A DNA stretch of 34,635 nucleotides from a virus (lineage: Duplodnaviria > Caudoviricetes): positions 1 to 34,635 of the IMG/VR virus record IMGVR_UViG_3300006065_000009. One strand, written 5' to 3'. This document shows, in pieces, positions 34,459 through 34,635 of the stretch. The notes under the pieces were generated by a model. That model worked only from the letters and a program-made list of their open reading frames with translations. It had not been told where the DNA came from and did no database searches. The position numbers and the translations under genes are program-made. Within the stretch, counting starts at the first letter, position 1. Each line of letters starts with the position of its first letter.

Positions 34459-34508
34459 AAAAATATATATAATAATTTAGATGAGATTGGTATTTCTACC
34501 TTATGACA

Positions 34509-34537
34509 AGTATATCACAATGTAGGGCTATATACAA
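34509..34537 (-). promoter_or_regulatory. Sigma70-type promoter
   Basis: TTGTAT-17 nt-TATACT with TGn extension. Confidence 0.55.
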
Positions 34538-34635
34538 GTGTATACATCGTAATATCCACAGTTCTAGTAAAAGATTATGGGTCTAATTGCGGGTAATAAA
34601 CCACTCTAAAACAAGGTATCAATATACCATTAAAA

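Larger units (their letters stand above)
32340..34483 (-). repeat. Dispersed leader motif ATCTAAATTATTA(T/A)
   Basis: Plus-strand TAATAATTTAGAT at about 32347, 32923, 33277, 33486, 33673 and 34470, each just upstream of an ATG. Confidence 0.85.

Noticed and set aside
1-34635. Stop-codon reassignment
   Set aside because: Genes tile densely in code 11, and TAA, TAG and TGA all end coupled ORFs

Overview
The window is most of a podovirus-like tailed phage (or prophage) genome in standard genetic code, with two converging arms. The plus-strand arm (1-22.9 kb) holds late genes: scaffold, decoration protein, Mu gpT-like major capsid, two glycosyltransferases, a BspA-type LRR protein, tail/adaptor and ejection proteins, an M23 endolysin with holin-like genes, and a metallophosphoesterase. 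The minus-strand arm (23.1-34.6 kb) holds early/middle genes: PD-(D/E)XK nucleases, an SSB-like protein, RusA, HNH, HTH and many small ORFs. No terminase, portal, integrase or polymerase is recognisable. Sigma70-type promoters, mostly SD-less AT-rich leaders and the domain content tentatively suggest a Patescibacteria/CPR-like host (inference only). The most unusual signals are: (1) an array of structured non-coding RNA units at 29.04-29.58 kb, three preceded by a BoxA-like motif and each closed by a stem resembling an rRNA processing stalk, with related units elsewhere; (2) two genes sharing six collinear, near-identical short DNA anchors with unrelated segments between them; (3) a virion gene apparently split by an inserted LRR + glycosyltransferase cassette; (4) a repeated ATCTAAATTATTA motif joining early genes. 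All protein calls come from motif recognition by eye, not database searches.
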